A stretch of 64,000 nucleotides of DNA, from the NCBI GenBank assembly GCA_964057225.1, contig OZ059895.1, forward strand, positions 18,910,001-18,974,000. Direction: 5' to 3'. The position numbers and the translations under genes are program-made. The stretch is from Auanema rhodensis (taxonomy: Eukaryota > Animalia > Nematoda). Below the pieces are notes generated by a model that saw only the letters and a program-made list of their open reading frames with translations, searched no databases and was not told where the DNA came from. Shown piece by piece: positions 62,823-64,000 of this stretch (the stretch's first letter is position 1; each line of letters opens with the position of its first letter).

Positions 62823-64000
62823 GAAGAAGGAAGAAAAGAAGAGAGAGGTAATGGATAATGAAGTTAATACTTGAAAGTGAGGGAGGGAGAGAGAAGAAGA
62901 ACAAAGGGAAGAAAAAAATTTGATCGGAAGTGCGGAAATGAACAGAACAATTTCTGAATTAATCATTTTGGGTTTCGTATGTTGATGTACAAACTGAAAT
63001 GTAGTTGATACTTCTTGAAATTCTGGAAAAGAACGCAAGAAACAAGAGAAAAGAAGGGAAACAAGTGAATGAACTAAGAAGATACACTGGGTTAAAATAT
63101 TTAAGCAAAAGAGAGAAAAAGAAGGGGGGGGGGGATACGTCGGACGAGTATACATGGAAATACATGGATGCAAGAATATGCTGGGAGGGAGAAAAAGAGA
63201 CAAAAAGAGTTAGTTTTCTAATTGCGAAGACGTAGAGATAATTGACACCAATCAATATAAAGTAGTGTGAAATTGAATGAAAGAACGATGTTTAGTAGCA
63301 GGGGGAAACGAAGAAAAAGTTTTTGTTGTCGCATGAGCTGAAAGAAATACGAAGAAAAGATTTTTCTTTCCTTCAAAAAAAGCTTTTTTTTTCCGGAATA
63401 AAGGAAAAAATGCGGGACTAAGGACTAGCCTAGATTGTGTGGTTGGTTCTACCACAAGCTCATCCAGGAAGTCTTCAATCGTCGTTGTCCTCGAGGTCGT
63501 CAAGCGAACCACGTCCTGTCGCTGCCGTTGTCAATGTGGTGTCCTTCGTACAGCTTCAGGATGTGGTAGACAAGGATAAGAACATGAGTTCTGTCTGAGT
63601 TTACACAGCTGTACAAGACTAACCGAACAGAAATGATGAGACAAAAATAGAAGAAGAAGAAGACAAGAGCCGTCTGCTTCTTCTCACTCATTTCGAATGT
63701 TTGAAATGCAAGACAGTGACGAACACTAGATCATATAAGTTGAAATATATATGTATCTGCATATATATAGCCATATAGACCTTGGAGAAACGAAAGAAAA
63801 ATTTGGAAGTAAAGAAAGAGAGAAAGCGAGATGAAGAGAGTGAGAGAGTGAGAGAGAATACAAGAAAGAGAGAGCTTTAAAGAGTCGAAATATAGGAAAC
63901 ATTTTAATATTCCCCTGAGGCGGCATATGTGTTTGAGCTTTAAGACATTTTTGGCCTATCTGACCCTAAATTCTTGACACATGAGGCATTCTGTCATTTA

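Overview
This is AT-rich eukaryotic genomic DNA from a rhabditid (clade V-like) nematode, with many 40-60 nt introns, TTTCAG-type acceptors and abundant (AG)n/(AT)n microsatellites. Most entries in the six-frame ORF track are exon fragments or microsatellite artefacts, so I rebuilt gene models by hand. The first 12 kb are gene-dense: the 3' end of an unknown + strand gene, DMAP1/ekl-4 (-), rps-20 (+), a RING-WWE RNF146-like ligase (+), an unknown conserved-looking gene (+), the PHOX2-type homeobox gene ceh-17 (-) and the ciliary alpha-tubulin tba-6 (-) with an X-box. Positions 13.9-51.9 kb hold a complete ~47-exon unc-13/Munc13 gene (-), including the short-isoform M exon and a 9-nt VLK microexon. 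Positions 52-64 kb are a GC-rich promoter island followed by repeat-rich non-coding DNA. The best leads are: a 3-exon 51-aa transmembrane smORF ending 17 nt before the rps-20 ATG; non-canonical GC donors and a possible TG acceptor; three clustered miR-72/73/74 (miR-31)-type seed sites in the unc-13 3'UTR; a dispersed over-represented TAACTATA motif; a palindrome flanked by direct repeats; and frame-preserving cryptic unc-13 exons. I found no tRNA, rRNA, CRISPR array or autonomous transposon, and no new biological system can be established from sequence alone.
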